From Gemmatimonadota bacterium (lineage in GTDB: Bacteria; Gemmatimonadota; Gemmatimonadetes; Gemmatimonadales; Gemmatimonadaceae): a stretch of 44,331 bases of DNA. The notes below the pieces were generated by a model. That model was not told the origin of the DNA, made no database searches, and worked only from the letters and a program-made list of their open reading frames with translations. Location of the stretch: assembly GCA_043754875.1 (NCBI GenBank), contig JAYUTY010000166.1, positions 1 to 44,331 on the forward strand. Direction: 5' to 3'. This document shows, piece by piece, positions 25,276 to 34,170 of the stretch (position 1 is the first letter of the stretch; every line of letters starts with the position of its first letter). The position numbers were made by a program, and so were the translations under genes.

Positions 25276-26664
25276 TCAGATGGTCACGCGCGTGTGCGGC
25301 TCCGGCGCGTCCACCGAGGGATAGCCGGCGTCGCGAAGCTGGTGGGCGAATGCGTCCTGCGCGTCCGGCTCGCCGTGCACCAGATGAATCACCGGCGCGG
25401 TCGTGCCGCCGCCGCGCACGGTATCCAGCCACCGCTGCAGCTCATGCCGGTCGCCGTGCGCGCTGTATCCCGCCAGCACTTCCACATGCGCGCGCAGCGG
25501 AATCTCGTGGTTCAGCACCTTGATCGTCGGCTCCCGGTTGACGATACGGCGCCCGAGCGTGTGCTCTGCCTGGAAACCGACGACGAGGATCGTGTTGCGC
25601 GGGTCGGACGCACCGTTCGCCAGATGGTGCAGGATGCGTCCCGCTTCCATCATCCCCGATGCCGCGATGATGATCATCGGCCCGTTCATCGTGTTGAGCG
25701 CCTTCGATGCGCTCGACTCGCGGGTGTACTGCACGCGCATGAAGTGGAAGAGGTCCTGGACCTTGCGGACGAAGTCCTCCGACTGGTCGAACACCTCGGG
25801 ATGCAGCGCGAAGACGGTGGTGGCGTCGATCGCCAGCGGGCTGTCGACGAAGATCGGGATGTCGGCGATCCGACGCTCCCGCACGAGGATGTGGAGATCG
25901 TAGACCAGCTCCTGGGTCCGGCCGACCGCGAAGGCCGGCACCAGCACTCGACCGCCTCGCGCCGCCGTCTCGTTGATGATCCGCGCCAGCTCGTCTCGCG
26001 AGCCCTCCACCGGCGCGTGATCGCGATTGCCATACGTCGATTCCATGATCACCACGTCCGCACCCCTCGGCGGATTGGGATCGCGGATGATTGGCAACCC
26101 GTTGCGCCCCACGTCGCCTGAGAAGACGACCCGCTTGGTGACGCCGCTCTCCGTGCAGTCGAGCGCCACGGATGCCGAGCCGAGGATGTGGCCGGCGTCC
26201 GTGAAGGTGGCGCGAATGCCTGGCACCACGTCGAACGTCGTGTCGTATGGCATGCCGATCATCCGCTCCACCGCCTTCACCGCATCACGAGTGCTGTAGA
26301 GCGGCTCCGACGCTGGCTGGTTGCGGCGCGAGAGAAAGCGGGCGTCGCTCTCCTGGATGTGCGCGGAGTCGGCGAGCATGATGCCGCACAGGTCGAGGGT
26401 CGCCGGCGTGCAGTAGATGGGGCCCTTGTAACCATGTGCCGTGAGCAACGGTAGCCGGCCGGCATGGTCGATGTGCGCGTGCGAGAGCACGATTGCGTCG
26501 ATCTGCTCCACCGGGAGCGGCAGGCGCGCGTTCTTCTCACGCGTCTCGCTGCGCCGCCCCTGGAACATGCCGCAGTCGAGCAGAACCGTCTTTCCGCCAA
26601 CGCGGAGGATGTGGCAGGAGCCGGTCACTTCCCGCGCGGCACCCGCGAACTCGATCTCCATCAT
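25276..26664 (-). CDS. MBL-fold beta-CASP ribonuclease (RNase J / CPSF-like)
   Basis: EVTGSCH...LLDCGMFQG...IVLSHAHIDHAGRLPLL...HILGSA...ESTYG...SAHGD. AGGGAGG lies 3-6 nt before the tandem ATGs at 26664/26661; the ORF-track start is 26682. Confidence 0.85.
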   Translation of the reverse strand: MMEIEFAGAAREVTGSCHILRVGGKTVLLDCGMFQGRRSETREKNARLPLPVEQIDAIVLSHAHIDHAGRLPLLTAHGYKGPIYCTPATLDLCGIMLADSAHIQESDARFLSRRNQPASEPLYSTRDAVKAVERMIGMPYDTTFDVVPGIRATFTDAGHILGSASVALDCTESGVTKRVVFSGDVGRNGLPIIRDPNPPRGADVVIMESTYGNRDHAPVEGSRDELARIINETAARGGRVLVPAFAVGRTQELVYDLHILVRERRIADIPIFVDSPLAIDATTVFALHPEVFDQSEDFVRKVQDLFHFMRVQYTRESSASKALNTMNGPMIIIAASGMMEAGRILHHLANGASDPRNTILVVGFQAEHTLGRRIVNREPTIKVLNHEIPLRAHVEVLAGYSAHGDRHELQRWLDTVRGGGTTAPVIHLVHGEPDAQDAFAHQLRDAGYPSVDAPEPHTRVTI

Positions 26665-26715
26665 CGACCTCCCTTCGGTCATGTCTCCCGCCAGCGCAGC
26701 GCTGGACGCGGTTGC

Positions 26716-27675
26716 TCAATACTGTCGCTCGCGATCCACCAAACGGGATGGCCGCTCTCCTGCTTCCAGCTCGGCCAACGTGTCGAGAACGCCTGCGATG
26801 GCACCATCCACTGTCGTCAGCCCGGAGATGTGCGGCGAGATCATCACACGCTGGTCACCCCAGAGCGGAGCGTCCACCGGCAATGGCTCGACGTCGAAGA
26901 CATCGAGCGCGGCGCCAGCCAGCCATCCCGCGTCGAGCGCCTCGGGCAGCAGCGATTCGTCCACCACCGCGCCGCGTCCGGCGTTGAGCAGCACCGCGCC
27001 TCGGCATGCCGACAGCACCTCGCGCCCCACGAGTCCGCGCGTGGCGTCGGTCAGCGGCACGGTGACGACCAGCCAGCGCGCGTCCGTCACGACGTCAGCG
27101 AGACGGTCTGACGTCACCGTGCGCACAAACAGCGCCGGATCGCCGCGCCCCGATCGCGACACGCCGCACAGCTCGACGCCAAGGGCGATGAGCAGTCGCG
27201 CGACGTGGGATCCGACGTCGCCCGTGCCGACGATCACGGCTCTGGTGCCGCGCAGCATCATCACGTCGCGCGGCGCCCAGCGCGCCGCGCGCTGGCACCG
27301 CTCCAGGTCGCTCAGCTGCTGAGCGAAGGCCAGCATGCGTGCGAGCGCCCACTCCGCGATCATCGGACCGAACGACTCGCTTGTGCGCGTGAGCAGGATC
27401 CCGACTGGCAGCGGATCGGGGAAGAGCCATCCGTCCACCCCGGCGCCGGTGCAGTGCACCCATCGCACGCCGCCCATCGTCGCGACGGGCGGGCGCTTGA
27501 AGCCGACGTAGCTGTCCGCCCACGCGAGGTCGGCGTCGGTCAGCTCGAGATACCTGTTGCCGCGCACCTCGAGCTCGGGTCGCGCGCCACGCAGCGCCGC
27601 GGCGATCTCCTCGTGCGCGTTCGCACCGATGACGATGCGACGCGGATGGAACGGCTCGGCGGCTGTTGAGTTCAT
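26716..27675 (-). CDS. D-isomer-specific 2-hydroxyacid dehydrogenase family protein
   Basis: Rossmann motif GTRAVIVGTGDVGSHVARLL; ...LLNAGRGAVVDE...GAALDVFDVEPLP...ISPHISG. Confidence 0.85.
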   Translation of the reverse strand: MNSTAAEPFHPRRIVIGANAHEEIAAALRGARPELEVRGNRYLELTDADLAWADSYVGFKRPPVATMGGVRWVHCTGAGVDGWLFPDPLPVGILLTRTSESFGPMIAEWALARMLAFAQQLSDLERCQRAARWAPRDVMMLRGTRAVIVGTGDVGSHVARLLIALGVELCGVSRSGRGDPALFVRTVTSDRLADVVTDARWLVVTVPLTDATRGLVGREVLSACRGAVLLNAGRGAVVDESLLPEALDAGWLAGAALDVFDVEPLPVDAPLWGDQRVMISPHISGLTTVDGAIAGVLDTLAELEAGERPSRLVDRERQY

Positions 27676-27894
27676 CGTGTTCGCGTGCGGGATGCGATCA
27701 TGGGCGCCTCGGCGACACGAACTGGCACTGTCGGTGTGGTGAGCCGCCGGAGGTCAAGATGCCTCCGGTGGCGAGACAGTGGAAGCCCGATGATCTCATT
27801 CGCCTCACACCACGAGGCACTAGCGAAACCCGCGTCGAGCGCGGATCATTGTGCGCGCCCCGCAGCGGGTCGCACGACTCACACCGCGGAAGCG

Positions 27895-29040
27895 ATGACC
27901 AAGGCGCGGCGAAAGCCGGTAGACGGGAGCAAGGTGCGCGTGGGAGTACTCGGCGCGGGCGCCTGGGCGGAATTTGCCCACCTGCCGGGCTACAAGCGCG
28001 ACGACCGGTGCGAGCTCGTCGCCATCGCCGACCCGGTCGTCGAACGGGCGCGCGACTTCGCCGAAAAATTCAGGATCCCAGCGGTCTACGCCTCGCACGA
28101 GGAGCTGATCGCGCGCGAGGACATCGACCTGGTGGACGTGTGCACGCCGAGCGCGTCGCACTTCGAGCTGAGCTGGGCAGCGCTCACCGCCGGCAAGCAC
28201 GTGCTCTGTGAGAAGCCGGTGGCCTACCACTTCACCGAGACGCGCCGCGCCGCCGCGCTCGCCCGCGAGATGGGAGTCAAGACGAAGCTCGGCTTCACCT
28301 TCCGCTACAGCCCCGCCATGCAGTACATGAAGGAGCTGATCGACCAGGGCTACGTGGGTACGCCGTTCATCTTCAACGGCTACGAGCAGAACTCGCAATG
28401 GCTCGATCCGCAGAACCCGCTGCGGCAGGTGGACCACGAGGCGGATCAGTCGGTGATCCAGGTCTCGTCGCTCGAGGGCTACGGCGCGCCGATCATGGAC
28501 CTCGCGCACCTCTTCATGGGCAGCCGCTTTCGAGAGGTCGTCGGCACGATGCGCAACTTCATCCCCGAGCGCGTCGTGCGTGCGACGGGCACGATGATGC
28601 GCATGAACATCGACGATGGCGACATCTTCATCGGCGACTTCGAAAGCGGCGCGTTCGGGTCGATCCAGACGAGCTTCGTCACGGTGGGGAACTACCCCGG
28701 GCTCGAGGCGCGCGTGTACGGCAGCAAGGGCGCGCTCATCTGCCGCCTCGTCGAGGAGAATGGGATCTGCGAGTCGCTCAAGGGGGCCACGGCCGAGCAG
28801 GTGGAGTTCCGTGAGCTCGACGTGCCGGCACGCTTCTATCCGCCCGGCGGGAGCAGGGAAGAGTCATGGCGCTCGCTCTTCTACGCGAACTTGATCAGCT
28901 CCTTCCTCACCGAGATCCTCGATGATGGTCCCACCAACCAGGGCAGCTTCGAGGATGGGGCACACGTGCAGGAGCTGATCAACGCGGTCGAGCTGTCGTG
29001 TCGCGAGCGTCGCTGGGTCGGGATCCCGCTCGCGCAGTGA
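27895..29040 (+). CDS. Gfo/Idh/MocA family oxidoreductase
   Basis: VRVGVLGAGAWAEFAHLPGY...LVAIADP...VDVCTPSASH...HVLCEKPVA. The region upstream of ATG 27895 looks non-coding. Confidence 0.85.
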   Translation: MTKARRKPVDGSKVRVGVLGAGAWAEFAHLPGYKRDDRCELVAIADPVVERARDFAEKFRIPAVYASHEELIAREDIDLVDVCTPSASHFELSWAALTAGKHVLCEKPVAYHFTETRRAAALAREMGVKTKLGFTFRYSPAMQYMKELIDQGYVGTPFIFNGYEQNSQWLDPQNPLRQVDHEADQSVIQVSSLEGYGAPIMDLAHLFMGSRFREVVGTMRNFIPERVVRATGTMMRMNIDDGDIFIGDFESGAFGSIQTSFVTVGNYPGLEARVYGSKGALICRLVEENGICESLKGATAEQVEFRELDVPARFYPPGGSREESWRSLFYANLISSFLTEILDDGPTNQGSFEDGAHVQELINAVELSCRERRWVGIPLAQ

Positions 29041-30716
29041 CCGACGCGCTGGACCGCTTCTTCGAGCACTATTTCCGGCGCCGTCCGGTGAACGCCACGT
29101 TCACCGGGGAACACGCCTACGACGGACTGCTCCCCGACTGGTCGCTGGCCGGCCTCTCGGCGCTGGACTCCGAGATGCTAGCGCTGCACGACGAGCTCTC
29201 GGCGCTCCACCCGCCGGCCGCATCGGCGCGCGCGCTGCGCGACTTTCCCACCCTGCTCGATGCCGAGCTGGCCCGCGCCTTTCTCGAGATTCAGCGCGCC
29301 GAGCTCGCGAGCGCGCACGGTGTCCGCGGTAACCCGGTGCTCTGGACGGGCGAGGCGGTCTTCGCGGTCGTCTCCCTCATGATCCGCGACTTCGCCCCGT
29401 TCGTCGTTCGTGCCCGCTGCGCCATCGAGCGGTGCGAGGCGATACCCGCCTTCCTCGCGAGCGCCCGCAGCACCATTGGCGGACGTGCCATCCCGGCCGC
29501 CTGGTCAGCGCGCGCACTCCGCGAATGCGAGGGAGCCGCGATCCTGCTCGGCGACGGCGTCACGAAGTGGCTCGGCTCGCAGCCCAACACCATCTTCATC
29601 GCGCCGTCGGTGCGCGCGGCGTCTCGCCGCGCCGCGGACGCGTTCGCTTCGTTCGACGCCTGGCTGCGAGAGCAGCCCGTTGCGCCTGATGCGGAGGCTG
29701 CGTGTGGTGACGAGCTCTACGATCTTCTGCTTTCGCGAGGCCATTTCTGCACGCAGGGTCGCGACGAGCTCCTTCGTGCCGCGCGTGCCGAGCTCTCGAC
29801 CGCACGCCGGACGTTCGACGAGATGGTGGCTGGTCAGGGCGGCTCGTGGGCAGCCGTGCAGGAGCAGCTCGCGGCGGATCATCCGTCAGCCGACGATTAT
29901 CTCGCCAGCTTCACGCGACGGTGGGACGAGTGCCGCGCCCTCGCGCGCGATCGGGACGTCGTCGAATGGCCGGACTGGCCCCTGCGCTACGTCACGATCC
30001 CGGAGTGGACCAGCGGTGCCGCGCCCTATCTCTACTATCTCTTCTATCGCTCTCCCGCGCCGCTGGACGCGTACGACGTCCACGACTACGTGGTGCCGCC
30101 GCTGCCGGAGGACGCCGCGCAGCGAGAGCGTCATCTTCGTGCCTGGAACCGGAGCGCCATCACGCTCAATCACGTGGTGCATCATGGGGCGGTTGGTCAT
30201 CACGTGCAGAACTGGCATGCGACGCACCGCACCACCACGCGCGTGGGGCGTATCGCGGCGATCGACTGCGCGAGTCGCATCGCCATGTTCGCCGGCGGCA
30301 CGATGGCTGAGGGGTGGGCCTGCTACGCGACCGCACTGATGGACGAGTTGGGCCTGCTCACCCCACTCGAACGCGTGTCCGAGCAACACTCGCAGCTGCG
30401 CTTCCTCACGCGCGCCATCGTCGACATCGAGCTGCATCAGGGGAGCATGACCGTGTCCGAAGCGGTGCGATTCTTCGAGGAGCAGACTGGCATGGACGCG
30501 CCAATCGCCGCTGCCGAGGTGGCGAAGTGCTCGATGTTTCCCTGCACGGCGGTGATGTACTGGCTGGGCACGCGCGAGATCCGGCAGCTGCGCGAGCGGC
30601 GCTCCACCCCTGACCCGACTGGATTCTCCCTGCGGCACTTTCACGATGAGCTGCTGGGCTACGGCTCCATTCCCGTTCCTCTTGTCGCGCGGCTGATGAC
30701 GGAGGGCTTGGCGTGA
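29037..30716 (+). CDS. DUF885 family protein
   Basis: N-terminal RRPVNATFTGEHAYDGLLPDWS is typical of DUF885. GTGA start/stop overlap with the upstream gene; the ORF-track start is 28998. Confidence 0.75.
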   Translation: MTDALDRFFEHYFRRRPVNATFTGEHAYDGLLPDWSLAGLSALDSEMLALHDELSALHPPAASARALRDFPTLLDAELARAFLEIQRAELASAHGVRGNPVLWTGEAVFAVVSLMIRDFAPFVVRARCAIERCEAIPAFLASARSTIGGRAIPAAWSARALRECEGAAILLGDGVTKWLGSQPNTIFIAPSVRAASRRAADAFASFDAWLREQPVAPDAEAACGDELYDLLLSRGHFCTQGRDELLRAARAELSTARRTFDEMVAGQGGSWAAVQEQLAADHPSADDYLASFTRRWDECRALARDRDVVEWPDWPLRYVTIPEWTSGAAPYLYYLFYRSPAPLDAYDVHDYVVPPLPEDAAQRERHLRAWNRSAITLNHVVHHGAVGHHVQNWHATHRTTTRVGRIAAIDCASRIAMFAGGTMAEGWACYATALMDELGLLTPLERVSEQHSQLRFLTRAIVDIELHQGSMTVSEAVRFFEEQTGMDAPIAAAEVAKCSMFPCTAVMYWLGTREIRQLRERRSTPDPTGFSLRHFHDELLGYGSIPVPLVARLMTEGLA

Positions 30717-32335
30717 GACGCATCGCTCGCGGGATCGCATTCGTTCTGGCGATTGTGTCGTCGTTGTCGCTCGGTTCGTGCTCGCGCGGCGCCACGCGCA
30801 ACGGTCCCTCGAACGACCTGCTCGTCGTTGGCTACGATCGCGAGCCGGACACCATGAATCGTTACGCGACGCACATCCTGGAGGACATCCAGACATGCGT
30901 GGTGGAGGGGCTCGTGACGAGCGACGAGCGGATGAACATCGTGCCGCTGCTCGCCACCGAGGTGCCCACGCGCGAGAATGGTGACGTCGTCCTGCGGCCC
31001 GACGGTGGCATGGACGTCACCTGGAAGCTGCGCCCCGGAGTGAAGTGGCACGACGGGCACTCGCACACCTCGGCCGACGTCAAGTTCACGGTGGACGCGA
31101 TGCTCAAGGGCGACTGGAAGCCGGAGAGCACCGACGGCTTCGATCGCATCACCTCCGTCGACACGCCCGACTCGCTCACGGCGGTCGTGCACTACAGGGA
31201 GATTTGGGCGCCCTACCAGACGCAGTTCATGCGCGGCACCCTTCCGCGCCATCTGCTGAGCGGCCGCGACATCGACAAGGCGAGCGACTACAATCGCAGC
31301 CCGATGGGCACGGGCCCGTACCGCGTGGCCGAGTGGAAGACTGGCGAGTACGTGCTCCTGGAGAAGGTGCCGAACTACTGGCGCGGCGCCGAGTATCCGC
31401 GAATCCGGCGAATCGTCTTTCGCTTCCTCACGAACACGACCACGCGCATCAACCAGTTGAAGGCCGGCGAGGTGCACCTCGTGGCGTTGGTGCCGTGGGA
31501 CAAGGTGCGGGAACTCCGCTCCGTTCCCGCCGTGCGTCTCAACCAGGTGGTGGGCAACGGCTACGAGCACGTCACGCTCAACGAGCGCCATTTTCCCCCC
31601 TTCGCCGACGTCCGCGTCCGCCAGGCGCTCGCGCATGCGATCGATCGTGACCTGCTCGTACGGACGATTCTCGATGGGCTGGTCACGACCGTGAACGGGC
31701 CCATCCAGCCACTGTCGTGGGCCTACGAGCCGGGCGTCGCCACCTATCCCTATGATCCGGTGAAATCGCGCGCTCTGCTCGACGCGGCGGGGTGGAAGCT
31801 CGGTGCCGACAGTGTGCGGAGCCGGGATGGCCGCCGCCTCGCCTTCACGTTGATCACGCAGACTGGCTTCGCCATCCGCGAGAACGTCTCGCAGGCAATT
31901 CAGAAGCAGCTGAAGGACGTCGGCGTCGCGGTGCAGGTGAAGCTGCTCGATGGCACGGCGATCAGCCCGGTCTGGTTCAGCGGCGACTTCGACGCGATGC
32001 TGCACTGGTGGCAGTCCGGCGCCGATCCGGAGATCACCACCTTCTTCGCCGCCGATCGCACGCCGCCCGCCGGCCGCAACATCAACTATCTCGACGACGC
32101 GCTCCTCACGCGCCTGCTGTACGCGTCGGACCGCACGGTGGATCAGATGATGCGCCGCGACCTGCTGCGTCAGGCCCAGCGCCGCGTCGCTGAGCTGGTG
32201 CCCGAGCTGACGCTCTACAATACGTCCAAGATCGACGCGGTGCCTGTCTCGCTCCGCAACTTCAAGGGCAATCCCAGCAACGCCGGCCCCTTCTGGAACG
32301 TGCACGAGTGGGACGTCGCGCCGGCGGCGCCATGA
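30713..32335 (+). CDS. ABC transporter substrate-binding lipoprotein, family 5 (peptide/nickel type)
   Basis: Lipobox LSLGSC. VKWHDGHSHTSADVKFT...GTGPYRVAEWKTGEYVLLEKVPNYW is typical of SBP_bac_5. GTGA overlap with the DUF885 gene. Confidence 0.88.
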   Translation: MRRIARGIAFVLAIVSSLSLGSCSRGATRNGPSNDLLVVGYDREPDTMNRYATHILEDIQTCVVEGLVTSDERMNIVPLLATEVPTRENGDVVLRPDGGMDVTWKLRPGVKWHDGHSHTSADVKFTVDAMLKGDWKPESTDGFDRITSVDTPDSLTAVVHYREIWAPYQTQFMRGTLPRHLLSGRDIDKASDYNRSPMGTGPYRVAEWKTGEYVLLEKVPNYWRGAEYPRIRRIVFRFLTNTTTRINQLKAGEVHLVALVPWDKVRELRSVPAVRLNQVVGNGYEHVTLNERHFPPFADVRVRQALAHAIDRDLLVRTILDGLVTTVNGPIQPLSWAYEPGVATYPYDPVKSRALLDAAGWKLGADSVRSRDGRRLAFTLITQTGFAIRENVSQAIQKQLKDVGVAVQVKLLDGTAISPVWFSGDFDAMLHWWQSGADPEITTFFAADRTPPAGRNINYLDDALLTRLLYASDRTVDQMMRRDLLRQAQRRVAELVPELTLYNTSKIDAVPVSLRNFKGNPSNAGPFWNVHEWDVAPAAP

Positions 32336-32377
32336 GCGCGCTCCGATGAACGCGTCGCCGCGGGGCTGAGGTCTCGC

Positions 32378-33325
32378 ATGCTCGGCTTCGCCATCCGTCG
32401 TGTCGCGCAGGCCGTTCCGCTCCTGCTCGTCGTCTCTCTCCTCGTCTTCGCGCTGATCCACGCCGCGCCCGGTGGGCCGCTCGCGTTGTATCTCGACAAC
32501 CCGAACGTGCGCCCCGAGGACATCGATCGGTTGCGTCGCCAGATGGGTCTCGATCGCCCCCTCGCGGCGCAGTACGGCGCCTGGCTCCTCGCCTTCGTGC
32601 GTGGCGACTGGGGCTACAGCTACGCCGACGGTCGCCCGGTGATCGATCGCCTCGCTGAGCGCGTGCCGGCGACGCTGCAGCTCGTCGGTGTGTCCACCGT
32701 GCTCGCGGTGCTCATCTCGCTCGGGGTTGGGCTGCTCGCTGCGGTGCGACGTGGCGTCGATCGTGCGACGACGATCCTCGCGATTGCCGGCATCTCGCTT
32801 CCGGTCTTCTGGTTCGGCCTCGTGCTCCAGCTCGTCTTCGCCGGCACGCTTCGGTGGCTGCCGTCCTCCGGCCGTGCCTCCTTCGTCGACGACTCGCTGG
32901 GCGACCGCCTCGCCCATCTCGTGCTGCCCACAATCGTGCTCGCCGCGGCGCACGCTGCCGGTTGGTCGCGCTACCTGCGCGGCTCACTCCGCGAGGCTTT
33001 GGCACAGCCCTTCGTCAACGCGGCGCGCGCCCGTGGTGCGACCGAGCGGCGCGTCGTCCTGCACCACGCCCTCCGCAACGCGCTCCTCCCATTCGCCACC
33101 GTCGTCCTGCTCGACGCCTCGATCATGGCATCAGGCGCGGTCGTCACGGAGAGCATCTTTGCCTGGCCCGGTGTGGGCAGCCTGTTCACCGAGGCGCTGG
33201 CGAAGCGCGACTACACCGTGCTGATGGCGTTCCTCATGTGCGGCGCCACGGCAGTCGCGCTGCTCAACATCGTCGCCGACGTCGTCGTGCGCGCGCTCGA
33301 CCCACGCACGCGAGAGCAGGGGTGA
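32378..33325 (+). CDS. ABC transporter permease (DppB/OppB-like)
   Basis: MLGFAIRRVAQAVPLLLVVSLLVFALIHAAPGGP...; EAA-like loop FVNAARARGATERRVVLHHALRNALLP. Confidence 0.9.
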   Translation: MLGFAIRRVAQAVPLLLVVSLLVFALIHAAPGGPLALYLDNPNVRPEDIDRLRRQMGLDRPLAAQYGAWLLAFVRGDWGYSYADGRPVIDRLAERVPATLQLVGVSTVLAVLISLGVGLLAAVRRGVDRATTILAIAGISLPVFWFGLVLQLVFAGTLRWLPSSGRASFVDDSLGDRLAHLVLPTIVLAAAHAAGWSRYLRGSLREALAQPFVNAARARGATERRVVLHHALRNALLPFATVVLLDASIMASGAVVTESIFAWPGVGSLFTEALAKRDYTVLMAFLMCGATAVALLNIVADVVVRALDPRTREQG

Positions 33326-34170
33326 CCGAGATCCACACGCGTCGCCGGCCTCGCGCGAGCGCTACCGCCATCGTCGCCGGCGTGGTGCTCGCCCTGCTCA
33401 TCGTTCTCGCCCTTCTCGCGCCCGTCGTCGCGCCGTACGGCATGGATGCACTCGACCTCGCCCAGCGCCGCGCCGCGCCCTCCTTCTCCCACTGGTTCGG
33501 CACCGACGAGCTGGGGCGCGACCTCCTCACCCGCGTACTCTTCGGCGCGCGCATCTCGCTGGCGATCGGTCTCGTCTCGGCGGCCGTGAGCGCGGCGATC
33601 GGTGTCGCAGTCGGTGCCGCGGCGGGCTACTCGGGGCGCTGGGTCGACGTCGTGCTCATGCGCATCACCGATGCGATGCTCTCCGTTCCCCGCCTGCCAC
33701 TGTTGATGATCGCCGCCGCCGTGCTCGACCCCGGCATCGCGCTGCTGATCGTGCTCGTCGGCGCGGCCGGCTGGATGGAGACCGCGCGCGTCGTGCGCGC
33801 CGAGGTACAGTCGATCACGGCGCGCGACTTCGTGGCGGCCTCGCGCGCCATCGGCGCCACCTCGCCCCGCATCGTCCTCCGGCACGTGCTCCCTGCCGTC
33901 CTCCCCACCGCCATCGTGGCCACGAACCTCGCGGTCGGGCGGGGCATCCTGCTGGAGAGTGCGCTCAGCTTCTTCGGCGTTGGCGTGCAACCCCCGACGG
34001 CGAGCTGGGGCAACATGCTCTACCAGGCGCAGACGACGATGAGCACCGAGCCCTGGCTCGGCATCTTCCCCGGCGCCTGCATCTTCGTCACGGTCCTCTG
34101 CTGCAACCTCCTCGGCGACGCCTTCTCCCCGCGCATCGCCGAGCACGTCCAGGCTGGTGGTCGCGCCTAG
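33322..34170 (+). CDS. ABC transporter permease (DppC/OppC-like)
   Basis: HWFGTDELGRDLLTRVLFGARISL...; FVAASRAIGATSPRIVLRHVLPAV. GTGA overlap with the preceding permease. The ORF-track 5' extension (32854) lies inside the previous gene. Confidence 0.88.
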   Translation: MTEIHTRRRPRASATAIVAGVVLALLIVLALLAPVVAPYGMDALDLAQRRAAPSFSHWFGTDELGRDLLTRVLFGARISLAIGLVSAAVSAAIGVAVGAAAGYSGRWVDVVLMRITDAMLSVPRLPLLMIAAAVLDPGIALLIVLVGAAGWMETARVVRAEVQSITARDFVAASRAIGATSPRIVLRHVLPAVLPTAIVATNLAVGRGILLESALSFFGVGVQPPTASWGNMLYQAQTTMSTEPWLGIFPGACIFVTVLCCNLLGDAFSPRIAEHVQAGGRA

